In this document: positions 17,737 through 25,634 of the stretch, piece by piece
How positions within the stretch are numbered: position 1 is the first letter of the stretch
How the letters are laid out: each line of letters begins with the position of its first letter
IMG/VR virus record: IMGVR_UViG_3300027877_000005
Direction: 5' to 3' (one strand)
Length of the DNA stretch: 64,000 bases
Source: a virus
Notes under the pieces: model-generated
Told to the model about the DNA's origin: nothing
What the model saw: the letters and a program-made list of their open reading frames with translations, nothing else
Databases searched by the model: none
Program-made: the position numbers and the translations under genes

Positions 17737-17927
17737 AGGGGAGTGATTACTCACTCCCCTTTGACAAAGATCCGGATCGCCCTAAGCGTTATCCCATGCA
17801 ATCTTTACAATCTTGATGAAATTGTAAACAAAGATTGCAATCAGGATAATTTTGCATGCAAGTAAAATATCCATTTTACACTCCCTTTGGGATGTATCCT
17901 AGGGGAGTGATTACTCACTCCCCTAGG
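17737..17927 (-). repeat. Two identical hairpins AGGGGAGTGA-(GUAA)-TCACTCCCCT
   Basis: 17737-17760 and 17898-17927, each just downstream of a minus-strand stop; the loop is GNRA on minus. Confidence 0.85.
17782..17874 (-). CDS. 30-aa membrane peptide (not in ORF track)
   Basis: AAGGGAGT RBS; MDILLACKIILIAIFVYNFIKIVKIAWDNA. Confidence 0.6.
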   Translation of the reverse strand: MDILLACKIILIAIFVYNFIKIVKIAWDNA

Positions 17928-17939
17928 TTTACCTAAGAG

Positions 17940-18545
17940 CTAATCAATCCGCTCAATCTTAGCACGATTAGCAAAATTGATTTTGCCCTCAGGAGCATGC
18001 CCTTCACGCTTTGGAAGGGCGGTAATCCTTTGAGCTCTTATCGCATATACATGGGATTGAGCTTTAATCTCACTAAAACTCAATTCCACGTCATGGGGTG
18101 TATCCTTACCACCCGTAGAAAATGCGTGTATGGTTAAGCTCATATCGGTAAGATTTAATTCCTTGATTACTTTCTCAAGGATTAATCCCCTACCGCTATT
18201 TACTATCGCAAGCGGTTTACCTAAGAACATACCGCAAGCGACATACCCTACCATGCACAAGAGCTCTTGCATCGGATTTTCAAATTTACCCGTACGCATT
18301 AATCCTAGGTAATTTGGGCAATCACGATGCCCGCCCACTGGCGTAAAATTTGCGCCCACTTTCACCCCTATGGATTTACCATCCTTTGGGGTTACTTTAA
18401 GCGTGAACGCATAGCCTACTGGACTATTCCCGATAATTTGGGTAATCCAGTTACTAATATTTACGCCCTTTTCATCCTTAAAGCTTTCTAAGAATGAAAT
18501 AATTTGGGCGATAGCAACAAAACAAGCTAAAAATATGCTATCCAT
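17940..18545 (-). CDS. Hypothetical protein (201 aa) with hydrophobic N-terminus
   Basis: AAGGGAGT RBS, intact ORF. Confidence 0.75.
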   Translation of the reverse strand: MDSIFLACFVAIAQIISFLESFKDEKGVNISNWITQIIGNSPVGYAFTLKVTPKDGKSIGVKVGANFTPVGGHRDCPNYLGLMRTGKFENPMQELLCMVGYVACGMFLGKPLAIVNSGRGLILEKVIKELNLTDMSLTIHAFSTGGKDTPHDVELSFSEIKAQSHVYAIRAQRITALPKREGHAPEGKINFANRAKIERID

Positions 18546-18768
18546 GAGATTACTCCCTTAAAGCGTTACATATGTCCTGTCAAAGACAGGTTGATAAAAT
18601 TCTCCCTCCACCCGCCCCCGACATGTTCGCCTTGCCCCCACACGTGACACGATAGAATTGGGTTATATAGTGGTGTTTCGAGTATATATCAGGCTATTGC
18701 CGCTTGCTACCCTGAATTTTTAATGTTCTGTCTAACTGTCTTAATAATAGCATTAACTTGTGAAGATT

Positions 18769-18866
18769 GTATTAGAATTTTGTTAACATTTTGCCTTGTA
18801 GTATTAGAAATTTGTTAACAAAACCCCTGTTTTGTTCTAATTATTCTAGTCGTGTTAATTAGAACA
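18769..18866. repeat. 20-bp direct repeat pair plus 11-bp inverted repeat in a non-coding gap
   Basis: GTATTAGAAWTTTGTTAACA at 18769 and 18801; TGTTCTAATTA/TAATTAGAACA at 18833/18856. Confidence 0.75.
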
Positions 18867-18922
18867 CTTTGTCAGACAACTTTTACTTCAGTTTACTTAA
18901 TAGTTTAGGTTACTTAACTATT

Positions 18923-19054
18923 CTAATTCAGACCAGGATTGCCTGGATTACTACTGTGTGCTGGCTGATACTGTGTGGCACACAGTATCCATACCCCCCT
19001 ATTTGGATAAAAATTGTCCGGTTTGCGCTCATTACCCGTGTACCAGTACCCCAC
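18923..19054 (-). CDS. Possible 43-aa peptide
   Basis: GGGGG RBS then GTG; MGYWYTGNERKPDNFYPN... Confidence 0.3.
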   Translation of the reverse strand: MGYWYTGNERKPDNFYPNRGVWILCATQYQPAHSSNPGNPGLN

Positions 19055-19057
19055 AGA

Positions 19058-19277
19058 TTTTATCCCCCTTTTTGAAAATCTCTAATCGGTATACTTCACA
19101 TCTAAAGGTACTTGTTCAAGTTCTTCATCCCAACACTTGGGACACATTTCAAATCCAGTATAATCCCATAGATATCCCCCACCCCATTCTATTTCTTCTT
19201 CAGTACCTGTCCAGCCACATACAGGGCATACATAAATCAGTTTCAAATTTTTTTTATCCCCCCTTTTCAAAATCTCT
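19058..19277. repeat. 26-bp direct repeats flanking the Zn-finger gene
   Basis: 19058-19083 and 19252-19277, two mismatches. Confidence 0.75.
19082..19270 (-). CDS. Small zinc-ribbon protein
   Basis: CPVC and CPKC; the true start is probably the TTG after the GGGGGG RBS. Confidence 0.65.
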   Translation of the reverse strand: MKRGDKKNLKLIYVCPVCGWTGTEEEIEWGGGYLWDYTGFEMCPKCWDEELEQVPLDVKYTD

Positions 19278-20282
19278 TATCGGACTTAACAGTTCAGCTA
19301 TTACATCTACAGTAAAGGCGTTACCTAACATCTTGTATCTTTGAGTGTTACTTACTCCTTCTGTATAGTTATCAGGTACGGTCTGTAGTCTTTCACATTC
19401 AATGGGAGAGATATATCTTATACCCCTTTTATCTACTATCCCAAAGCATCTTTCATTACTATATCCTTTATAATGACTAGCCTCTAACATTTGCATCTTT
19501 ACTTCATCATCAGGGAAGTATAATTTAAACTTATTCTTTCTTTTCTTATCCGATAATAACCAATTGAAAGAATCCTTAGTATAGTAAAAGACATTATCTG
19601 CATCTTCTTCGTATACATCCTTCCAGTAGATATTACCTTTCTTTATCACACTTGGGATATGTCCTCCTCCTGATGCTGTTCTTATCGTAGGAGATTTATC
19701 CGTAAATACTCTTAGTTCCTTTTCTTTAAATCCTCCATATATATTATGAATAATAACTGGTTCTACATCATTCTCTAAGATGTCTCCTATCATTATATTC
19801 CTATCTTCGGGGGATTTTATATTAGGGATGTTAGTCCAATATAGTCTCTCTCTATTCTGAGCAGATACTAAAGCAGAGTTAATCAATATAGGTTCTACCC
19901 CCATATACTGAGTGATTATATCTCTCCACTCTTTCTTCATCTTTACATTTTCTAATAAAAAGTATTTAGGTACATATTCGTGTAATATATCCACAAATTC
20001 AAAGAATAACTTACTTCTTGGGTCATCAAAGTTAAGTCCTTTTCCAGCTACGGAGAATCCCTGACATGGACTTCCTCCTATTAACAAATCAATTCTAGGT
20101 AGTTTCCATTCTTTCCAATTATTTATATCACCTAATTCAACTGTGTCTGGATAATTTTTTAAAGCTATCTTAGTAGCGTATTTATCTATCTCAGATGCGT
20201 AATAGTGGTCGTAGGAAATATTGGCTCTGTCTAGAGCTATCCTAGCACATGAGATACCATCAAATAAACTTAGTACATTCAT
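19254..20282 (-). CDS. DNA (cytosine-5) methyltransferase
   Basis: Motif I LSLFDGIS, IV GGSPCQGFS, VI ENV, VIII QNRERLYW, IX-X ECERLQ...LGNAFTV; start MNVLSLF at 20282. Confidence 0.93.
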   Translation of the reverse strand: MNVLSLFDGISCARIALDRANISYDHYYASEIDKYATKIALKNYPDTVELGDINNWKEWKLPRIDLLIGGSPCQGFSVAGKGLNFDDPRSKLFFEFVDILHEYVPKYFLLENVKMKKEWRDIITQYMGVEPILINSALVSAQNRERLYWTNIPNIKSPEDRNIMIGDILENDVEPVIIHNIYGGFKEKELRVFTDKSPTIRTASGGGHIPSVIKKGNIYWKDVYEEDADNVFYYTKDSFNWLLSDKKRKNKFKLYFPDDEVKMQMLEASHYKGYSNERCFGIVDKRGIRYISPIECERLQTVPDNYTEGVSNTQRYKMLGNAFTVDVIAELLSPIRDFEKGG

Positions 20283-20452
20283 TTTATTTCTCTTAGTAAA
20301 TTCTCTATTACTCTTAGTTCTTCTAGTATTTCTCTTAGAATAACTACCTCTTGACTTACAGGTATAAAGTAGGGAGTAAAGCAATAATGACTTTCTCCAT
20401 TAGTTACAAATTGTCCACAGTAGGGACAAGTCCATCCACCAGTGTTATCCAT
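20279..20452 (-). CDS. 57-aa Cys-motif plus amphipathic-helix protein (not in ORF track)
   Basis: MDNTGGWTCPYCGQF...LREILEELRVIENLLREIK; ATGA overlap with the methylase. Confidence 0.6.
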   Translation of the reverse strand: MDNTGGWTCPYCGQFVTNGESHYCFTPYFIPVSQEVVILREILEELRVIENLLREIK

Positions 20453-20690
20453 GTTTTCTCTCCAATGTATGTCTTTCTAGTATAACAGGTTTAGGTATAG
20501 CCATAACAGCAGACTTGTGAGCAGGGGTCATGTTCTGAGCTATTTGTATATGGTTCTTATCTTCATATATAAGGTATCCAATTGATTCTATTTCAGAAAC
20601 ACCAGTAAACTCACTGGGGGCTTTTACCCAATCTGCTTGTAAAGCGGAATCTAACCAACGTACATAAATCATTTTGTTTTTCTTTGTCAT
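20445..20690 (-). CDS. Hypothetical phage protein
   Basis: 81-aa ORF with a W-x-D and SIGYL pattern of a kind seen in small phage proteins. Confidence 0.7.
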   Translation of the reverse strand: MTKKNKMIYVRWLDSALQADWVKAPSEFTGVSEIESIGYLIYEDKNHIQIAQNMTPAHKSAVMAIPKPVILERHTLERKHG

Positions 20691-20691
20691 C

Positions 20692-20904
20692 TTATCCTCC
20701 AGGTTCTATCATCACTTCTGCTTGATAGCCTAATTTTTCAAACCTTATCAAAATTCCTACCGCTTCATAATAATTAAGTCTAGTGGCTAATAGTGGAGTA
20801 CTTACCATGAAGGGATTGCTACCATTGAAACGTACAAAGTATCCACTTCCACTTCTAATTATAAATCTATCTTCATCTTTTATCTCACTAAATGCTATAG
20901 TCAT
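20692..20904 (-). CDS. Hypothetical protein
   Basis: 70-aa ORF in operon. Confidence 0.6.
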   Translation of the reverse strand: MTIAFSEIKDEDRFIIRSGSGYFVRFNGSNPFMVSTPLLATRLNYYEAVGILIRFEKLGYQAEVMIEPGG

Positions 20905-20905
20905 A

Positions 20906-21079
20906 TTAATTTTCCTTTTTATCTGGAAGTAACTTATCTAAAAATTCTTTTTTATCTTTACTTGCTAGATAAGCTATTAATATTTTTCTTTTCCATGTAG
21001 TATCACACATAGATTCACCTATCATTATCCCTACCCAATAAAAAAATACTGTTATAAGCACAAACCATAAATCACTCAT
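20906..21079 (-). CDS. 57-aa protein with N-terminal TM segment (not in ORF track)
   Basis: GGAG RBS; MSDLWFVLITVFFYWVGIMIG... Confidence 0.55.
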   Translation of the reverse strand: MSDLWFVLITVFFYWVGIMIGESMCDTTWKRKILIAYLASKDKKEFLDKLLPDKKEN

Positions 21080-21215
21080 TTCTATATCTCCTTAAACGAA
21101 AACAGCTATACTATCCTTCATATAATATGATGTATGTATAGCTGTTTTCATGTCCTTTTCTTCCACCTTTAATCTAACTACTTATTTCTTTTTCTTCTTC
21201 TTACCTTTGCCACAT

Positions 21216-21413
21216 TTAGGCATAGTCGTCATCCCAATCTTTTCTTTTACCCTTACGGGCTTTTCTCAAGGCTCTACGTTCTTGTTTTTCCAAGAACTTT
21301 TCGTACTCTTCGTCTGCACTTTCGATAGAGGCTTCAGCCTCTTCAAATAAACCTTGATTGATTAATCTACGTACAATTTGTCTTTCCAGTTTTGGTGAAT
21401 AGTCTTTACTCAT
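21216..21413 (-). CDS. Small charged helical protein (65 aa)
   Basis: GAGAG RBS before MSKDY; the promoter lies inside the longer track ORF. Confidence 0.6.
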   Translation of the reverse strand: MSKDYSPKLERQIVRRLINQGLFEEAEASIESADEEYEKFLEKQERRALRKARKGKRKDWDDDYA

Positions 21414-21458
21414 CTCTCTAACTCCGTTTTGAAAATATCCATTTCTCAAGATAGGTAT

Positions 21459-21487
21459 ATTATAACATGAATTTGTGTTCTTGTCAA
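21459..21487 (-). promoter_or_regulatory. Consensus sigma70/SigA promoter for the methylase operon
   Basis: Minus strand TTGACA-17 bp-TATAAT with TG extension. Confidence 0.85.
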
Positions 21488-21495
21488 GAGGTATA

Positions 21496-21618
21496 TTACT
21501 TTGTTTTCTTTCTGGCCTTTTTGACCACCTTCCCACCGTACTTCTTATCCCATTTTTTGGCAAGCTTGGGCTTATTGATGTGCATCCAAGCACGCTGTTT
21601 TGCTGATTTGTATGGCAT
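21496..21618 (-). CDS. 40-aa basic peptide (not in ORF track)
   Basis: GGAGG RBS; MPYKSAKQRAWMHINKPKLAKKWDKKYGG..., resembling the MP[FY]KS-x-x-QR class of small phage proteins. Confidence 0.65.
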   Translation of the reverse strand: MPYKSAKQRAWMHINKPKLAKKWDKKYGGKVVKKARKKTK

Positions 21619-21619
21619 A

Positions 21620-22081
21620 TTATCCTCCGTTCCTTTCGGAAATCTGTTTTATTTTTTCTTGAAGCAAAGCAATTTCATTTTTTAGAGCTTGAATTTGAGT
21701 TACATTGAATCTGGTTTCTTGTATTCTTTCGTCTAAAAGTTTTTGTAAAGCTTCTATATTTTCTTTGTTTTCTTTTGACACACATAGTAATTTTTGTTCC
21801 AAATCCATTACTTTAGTCTTTAGTACTTCGATATCAGCTTTTAGTTGCATAATTTCATCCTGTAACTCTTTATTTTCTTGGGATAATTCAGTCACTCTTG
21901 CTTTATACTGTTCTATTAGTTCTTTAGAAGCACCCTGTATAATATCTGCTGCGGTTGCTTCTTCTTTATCTGCTTCAGCTTCTGTTTTTCTTTTTTGTTG
22001 TATTAACGACCACACGCCCGTTACTGTTCCAATAAGGGCACCTAAGGCTACTATGAATTGATAAATATCAAAGTTTTCCAT
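21620..22081 (-). CDS. Membrane-anchored coiled-coil protein of the lysis cassette
   Basis: N-terminal TM (QFIVALGALIGTVTGVWSLI) then long heptad repeat; next to the holin. Confidence 0.7.
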   Translation of the reverse strand: MENFDIYQFIVALGALIGTVTGVWSLIQQKRKTEAEADKEEATAADIIQGASKELIEQYKARVTELSQENKELQDEIMQLKADIEVLKTKVMDLEQKLLCVSKENKENIEALQKLLDERIQETRFNVTQIQALKNEIALLQEKIKQISERNGG

Positions 22082-22367
22082 TTTTTCTCTCTCTGTGACT
22101 AATCATGATGAGTGCCGCAGTTATTAGTAGTATTCCAGCATGTGCATGTAAAGCTGTAGACCATGTATTAATTACTCTTGCAATTTCTGGAGTTACATTG
22201 TTGATAACTGATAATAAATATATATAAAAAGCACCTACATTAATCAACCATGTTAATGGTGCTTTTGCCCACACTTGTTTATATTTTTTACCGTAATATA
22301 TCCAAACCACAATCCCTGTTATTACTAGTATTAAATTTATAATCCTTAGTATTTCTTGGGTAGTCAT
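22068..22367 (-). CDS. Putative holin (three TM segments)
   Basis: Three hydrophobic stretches, basic C-terminus, directly after the endolysin. Confidence 0.65.
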   Translation of the reverse strand: MTTQEILRIINLILVITGIVVWIYYGKKYKQVWAKAPLTWLINVGAFYIYLLSVINNVTPEIARVINTWSTALHAHAGILLITAALIMISHRERKNGKL

Positions 22368-22382
22368 TTCTTTTTCTATTCT

Positions 22383-23411
22383 CTATTGTTTTGGGTTCAT
22401 ATATCTATAACTGGTTTGTACAGCACACCATTTACCAGCGTAAGGGCCTGACTTGATTTGCATCCAGGCAGAAGAACCACCAATATTTTTCAGAGCAACT
22501 TCCTCACCACGATGGAGATGGCCTACAATACCATAAGCAGTACCAGGGCCTGACCTTACATATAAACTGTCAACAATAACTTCCATCATGAAATCTGTGG
22601 GTGGTTGGGGTGGTTCAACTTGTCCAATAGGAAGAATGTGTGTGCCAAACCTACTATTGTATTCATCTACCGTACCGTACCATCTATCTAAATCCATATC
22701 TACATCACCATCTGCCACCATACCATATTCTCTAGCCTTTCCATTTCCATCTGCTTCCCACTGCCACTTGCATCCTTTTCTCCAAGTCCAGTTAGGGGGC
22801 ATCCAAGGTGAGTCACCATTTGTCCAGTTAGCTACCCATTGTTCATTAGTAAAGTAATTATTAGGAGCAACTTTTCCACTCCAAAAACCATAGGATGAGT
22901 ATGGGCTAGTAGCCTTACTTACCAAAGATTTTAATTTGGTATCCATGTTGATTATCCAAGCTAAAGTCTCTGCTTTATCAAGTGAAGTTTGTTCATAATC
23001 TTCTTCATAATTCATTTGAAAGGGGAACTCAGCAGCTATTTCAGCAAATTCATTAGCATGGGCATTGTAATCTTCTCCAGGTCTGCAATACCAATACACA
23101 CCATAAGGCATGTCTGCTGCAATAAGTCCTCTACGGTACTCATCACAACGACTATCTTTCCACCCATTTCCATAACCTAATCGCACAATAGCAAATTGAC
23201 ATTTTGTTTTTGTGATATTAAAGTCCATTATTCCATTCCATGCACTAATATCAATACCTTGAACTTCCCATGCTGCTTCGGCTATACTACTAAAAGCAAC
23301 GGATATTGTGCGACTATCACGCCTGTCAAACGGTCTTTCATGTTTAGGTGGTGCATCACAAACTGGACAACCAACTTCTAATCCACCACATCTAGGACAA
23401 ATTTGTGCCAT
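22383..23411 (-). CDS. Endolysin: GH25 muramidase + C-terminal SH3b, with N-terminal Cys motif
   Basis: QGIDISAWNG, GVYWY, DYE, W..WQW, VDMD; LYVRSGPGTAYGIVGHL (SH3b). Confidence 0.9.
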   Translation of the reverse strand: MAQICPRCGGLEVGCPVCDAPPKHERPFDRRDSRTISVAFSSIAEAAWEVQGIDISAWNGIMDFNITKTKCQFAIVRLGYGNGWKDSRCDEYRRGLIAADMPYGVYWYCRPGEDYNAHANEFAEIAAEFPFQMNYEEDYEQTSLDKAETLAWIINMDTKLKSLVSKATSPYSSYGFWSGKVAPNNYFTNEQWVANWTNGDSPWMPPNWTWRKGCKWQWEADGNGKAREYGMVADGDVDMDLDRWYGTVDEYNSRFGTHILPIGQVEPPQPPTDFMMEVIVDSLYVRSGPGTAYGIVGHLHRGEEVALKNIGGSSAWMQIKSGPYAGKWCAVQTSYRYMNPKQ

Positions 23412-23437
23412 AATTTACTCTCCTTATTTTACTCTAA

Positions 23438-24775
23438 TTATATCATAAATACTCTTGGTTCGTCATTTCCAGTTGTTGTTGGGTATGTAGGAATTTCTGC
23501 TCCCACAGCCATATACATAATAAGCCTATCTTCTGGTTCTACATAACTGCCCATTTTACAAACAAATCCTGTATTAGTAATTGATTTTAAATCCATAGAG
23601 GATATTAATGTACCACCAACTATATTTGCATATACTACGTCTGTATATTTAGCAGACGCAATATTTAGAGGAAATCCAGATTCAGTTGCTACATAATCAT
23701 TCCAAACCGTTATACATCTTCTTTCTGTAGGAGAAGTAGCTATCCCAAAAGATGTAACACCTTCTTGTGAAAAATTATAAAGACTGTCCTGTTCTTTGGT
23801 ACTAGAAATAAAAATTATTGCGGCTGGTTTGAATCCCAGTTCAACTTCTATATCACCATCATCTGCTCTTGTAGTAAATGACCCAACTTTCCAAAGTGCA
23901 CCCTTTATGACAAGATAGTGAAAATATGAATTTGATGCAGTTAGTCCTTCTCCACTAGGAATAGGATAATGATGTAGTGTAAATCCATTAGTATTAAAGG
24001 ATTCAATATTATCTACAAAATATCTAGGGTATACACCTATTGGTTCATAATTATCAGCCCAAACAGCAGCAGATATTTCTCCAGACCCAGCATGTCCAAA
24101 TGATACATAAGGAGCAGGTTCTCCAAAATCTGCATATCCATGATATACTTGTCCTTGATTTAAATTTTTATCTGCAAATCCAACACTAAAGTCATGGACA
24201 GATGAAGATGAACTATTATAACCATAATCTGCACTAAGCATAAATAATGCATCTGGTTTGAATCCTGGGTCAGCTATACCAGATGAAATATTATGTCGTG
24301 GTCTTCTTTTTGTCTGAGAATATACATCAGTTATATCACTTCCACCAATTGCTAAGTAATTTACTTTCCAAGGTTGTGTAACAGCATCTGAAACGATAAA
24401 TTGAAATCCAGAACCAGTAAATGTTTGAAAATCTACATAACCATCTGCACTTCCAATCCAATTTTCACCACTTGAAGTTATGTAAATAACTCTGGTATTA
24501 AAACTTCCTTTCCAGATTCCATATTGGTCTGGACTACCATTCCATCCAGCGGATTCTACTGCAAATCTACCTATTGTTCTAGTACTAGCTACACCAACTC
24601 CAAAATTATAAGTATCATTAGCCCCATTACTTAATACATTTCCACTAGTTGGAGTTCTTGTATAAAAGAAAATAGCAAATTTGGGTGGGAATCCAACACA
24701 ATCTACCACTGGTTTTGAGCTTACTGCCCAACTTGGGTCTAAACTAAATTCACCAACTTTTGCTAAAATTGCCAT
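23438..24775 (-). CDS. Tail-associated virion protein with three GFxP repeats (paralogue of 62156-63841)
   Basis: Internal repeats VGFPP / PGFKP / LGFKP; lies at the end of the tail module. Confidence 0.7.
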   Translation of the reverse strand: MAILAKVGEFSLDPSWAVSSKPVVDCVGFPPKFAIFFYTRTPTSGNVLSNGANDTYNFGVGVASTRTIGRFAVESAGWNGSPDQYGIWKGSFNTRVIYITSSGENWIGSADGYVDFQTFTGSGFQFIVSDAVTQPWKVNYLAIGGSDITDVYSQTKRRPRHNISSGIADPGFKPDALFMLSADYGYNSSSSSVHDFSVGFADKNLNQGQVYHGYADFGEPAPYVSFGHAGSGEISAAVWADNYEPIGVYPRYFVDNIESFNTNGFTLHHYPIPSGEGLTASNSYFHYLVIKGALWKVGSFTTRADDGDIEVELGFKPAAIIFISSTKEQDSLYNFSQEGVTSFGIATSPTERRCITVWNDYVATESGFPLNIASAKYTDVVYANIVGGTLISSMDLKSITNTGFVCKMGSYVEPEDRLIMYMAVGAEIPTYPTTTGNDEPRVFMI

Positions 24776-24783
24776 AATTCACC

Positions 24784-25632
24784 TTATAAACTAGTATCAA
24801 TTAATGTTACATGTGCAGTTAAGAATGATGTACCAGAACCAGGAGCATCAATGTCCATAGTCAAGTAATCACCATCATTGAAATCGGGGACTTCAATTGT
24901 TGTAGATTGTCCAGTATAAGCACCAGAAGTAATTACTGGTCTGTTAGATTGAGTGGTAAAAATAGTAGCACCATTTCTATGAATGTCTACAATAACATTA
25001 CCAGATGAAACAGGAGGAGTTGACACAGAAATAAATACTTTACTAACATGAAGGTTTACACCAAGTTCATTATACATCCTTAATCCACCTACTGTTGTAG
25101 ATAAGTAGTATGGCATTGTAAATATAATTTCTCTAGGTGGTTGGTAAGGAGTACCGTGGGTGTGGTCTGCTCTAGAGTATAATATACTTGTACCAGATGC
25201 AGGTGCTTGTGTGTAGCTTCTTTCAGATACTACGGTATTCCCTGCATTTACACCACTGGCTATCGTTACTGTAATTTTAGATGTTTCCTTTACTACACTT
25301 ACGTTTCCTTCAAAATTAAGTACTGATACACCAGAACCAATGGGAACATCGTCTTTTTGAATCTGTTGTATTGAACCAGCAATTTTATATCTAATACGGT
25401 TCAAGTTATCCCACAATGACCACCCACTTGTAGGTAGTTCCCAAATAGCAGCTTCTGTGGTATCAAACGCAATAGAGGATTGTGGCAACTGTCCAGTAAA
25501 TCCCCAACCCCAACCACCACTTGGGCCTGATGCTCCACCCAAATGTACAGGTTTAGCATTTAGCCAATATTGAATACTTGAAATATATTCATATAATTGA
25601 TTTTCAAAATTTCTGTTAATATAAAAAGGCAT
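24784..25632 (-). CDS. Putative tail fibre / receptor-binding adaptor
   Basis: SRADHTH fibre-knuckle motif, Gly/Ser-rich, follows the tail-tip genes. Confidence 0.6.
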   Translation of the reverse strand: MPFYINRNFENQLYEYISSIQYWLNAKPVHLGGASGPSGGWGWGFTGQLPQSSIAFDTTEAAIWELPTSGWSLWDNLNRIRYKIAGSIQQIQKDDVPIGSGVSVLNFEGNVSVVKETSKITVTIASGVNAGNTVVSERSYTQAPASGTSILYSRADHTHGTPYQPPREIIFTMPYYLSTTVGGLRMYNELGVNLHVSKVFISVSTPPVSSGNVIVDIHRNGATIFTTQSNRPVITSGAYTGQSTTIEVPDFNDGDYLTMDIDAPGSGTSFLTAHVTLIDTSL

Positions 25633-25634
25633 AT

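Noticed and set aside
19040-19049. GTACCAGTAC as a 15th motif B copy
   Set aside because: It falls within a possible coding sequence (Tyr-Trp-Tyr), has an atypical CA spacer and no adjacent promoter; probably chance
12691-19344. Alternative-frame ORFs in the island (12691, 12790, 13178, 13843, 14270, 14382, 14499, 14593, 15267, 15571, 16183, 16655, 17436, 18130, 18869, 18958)
   Set aside because: They overlap better-supported genes, terminators or promoters and lack RBSs; higher GC makes chance ORFs more frequent here
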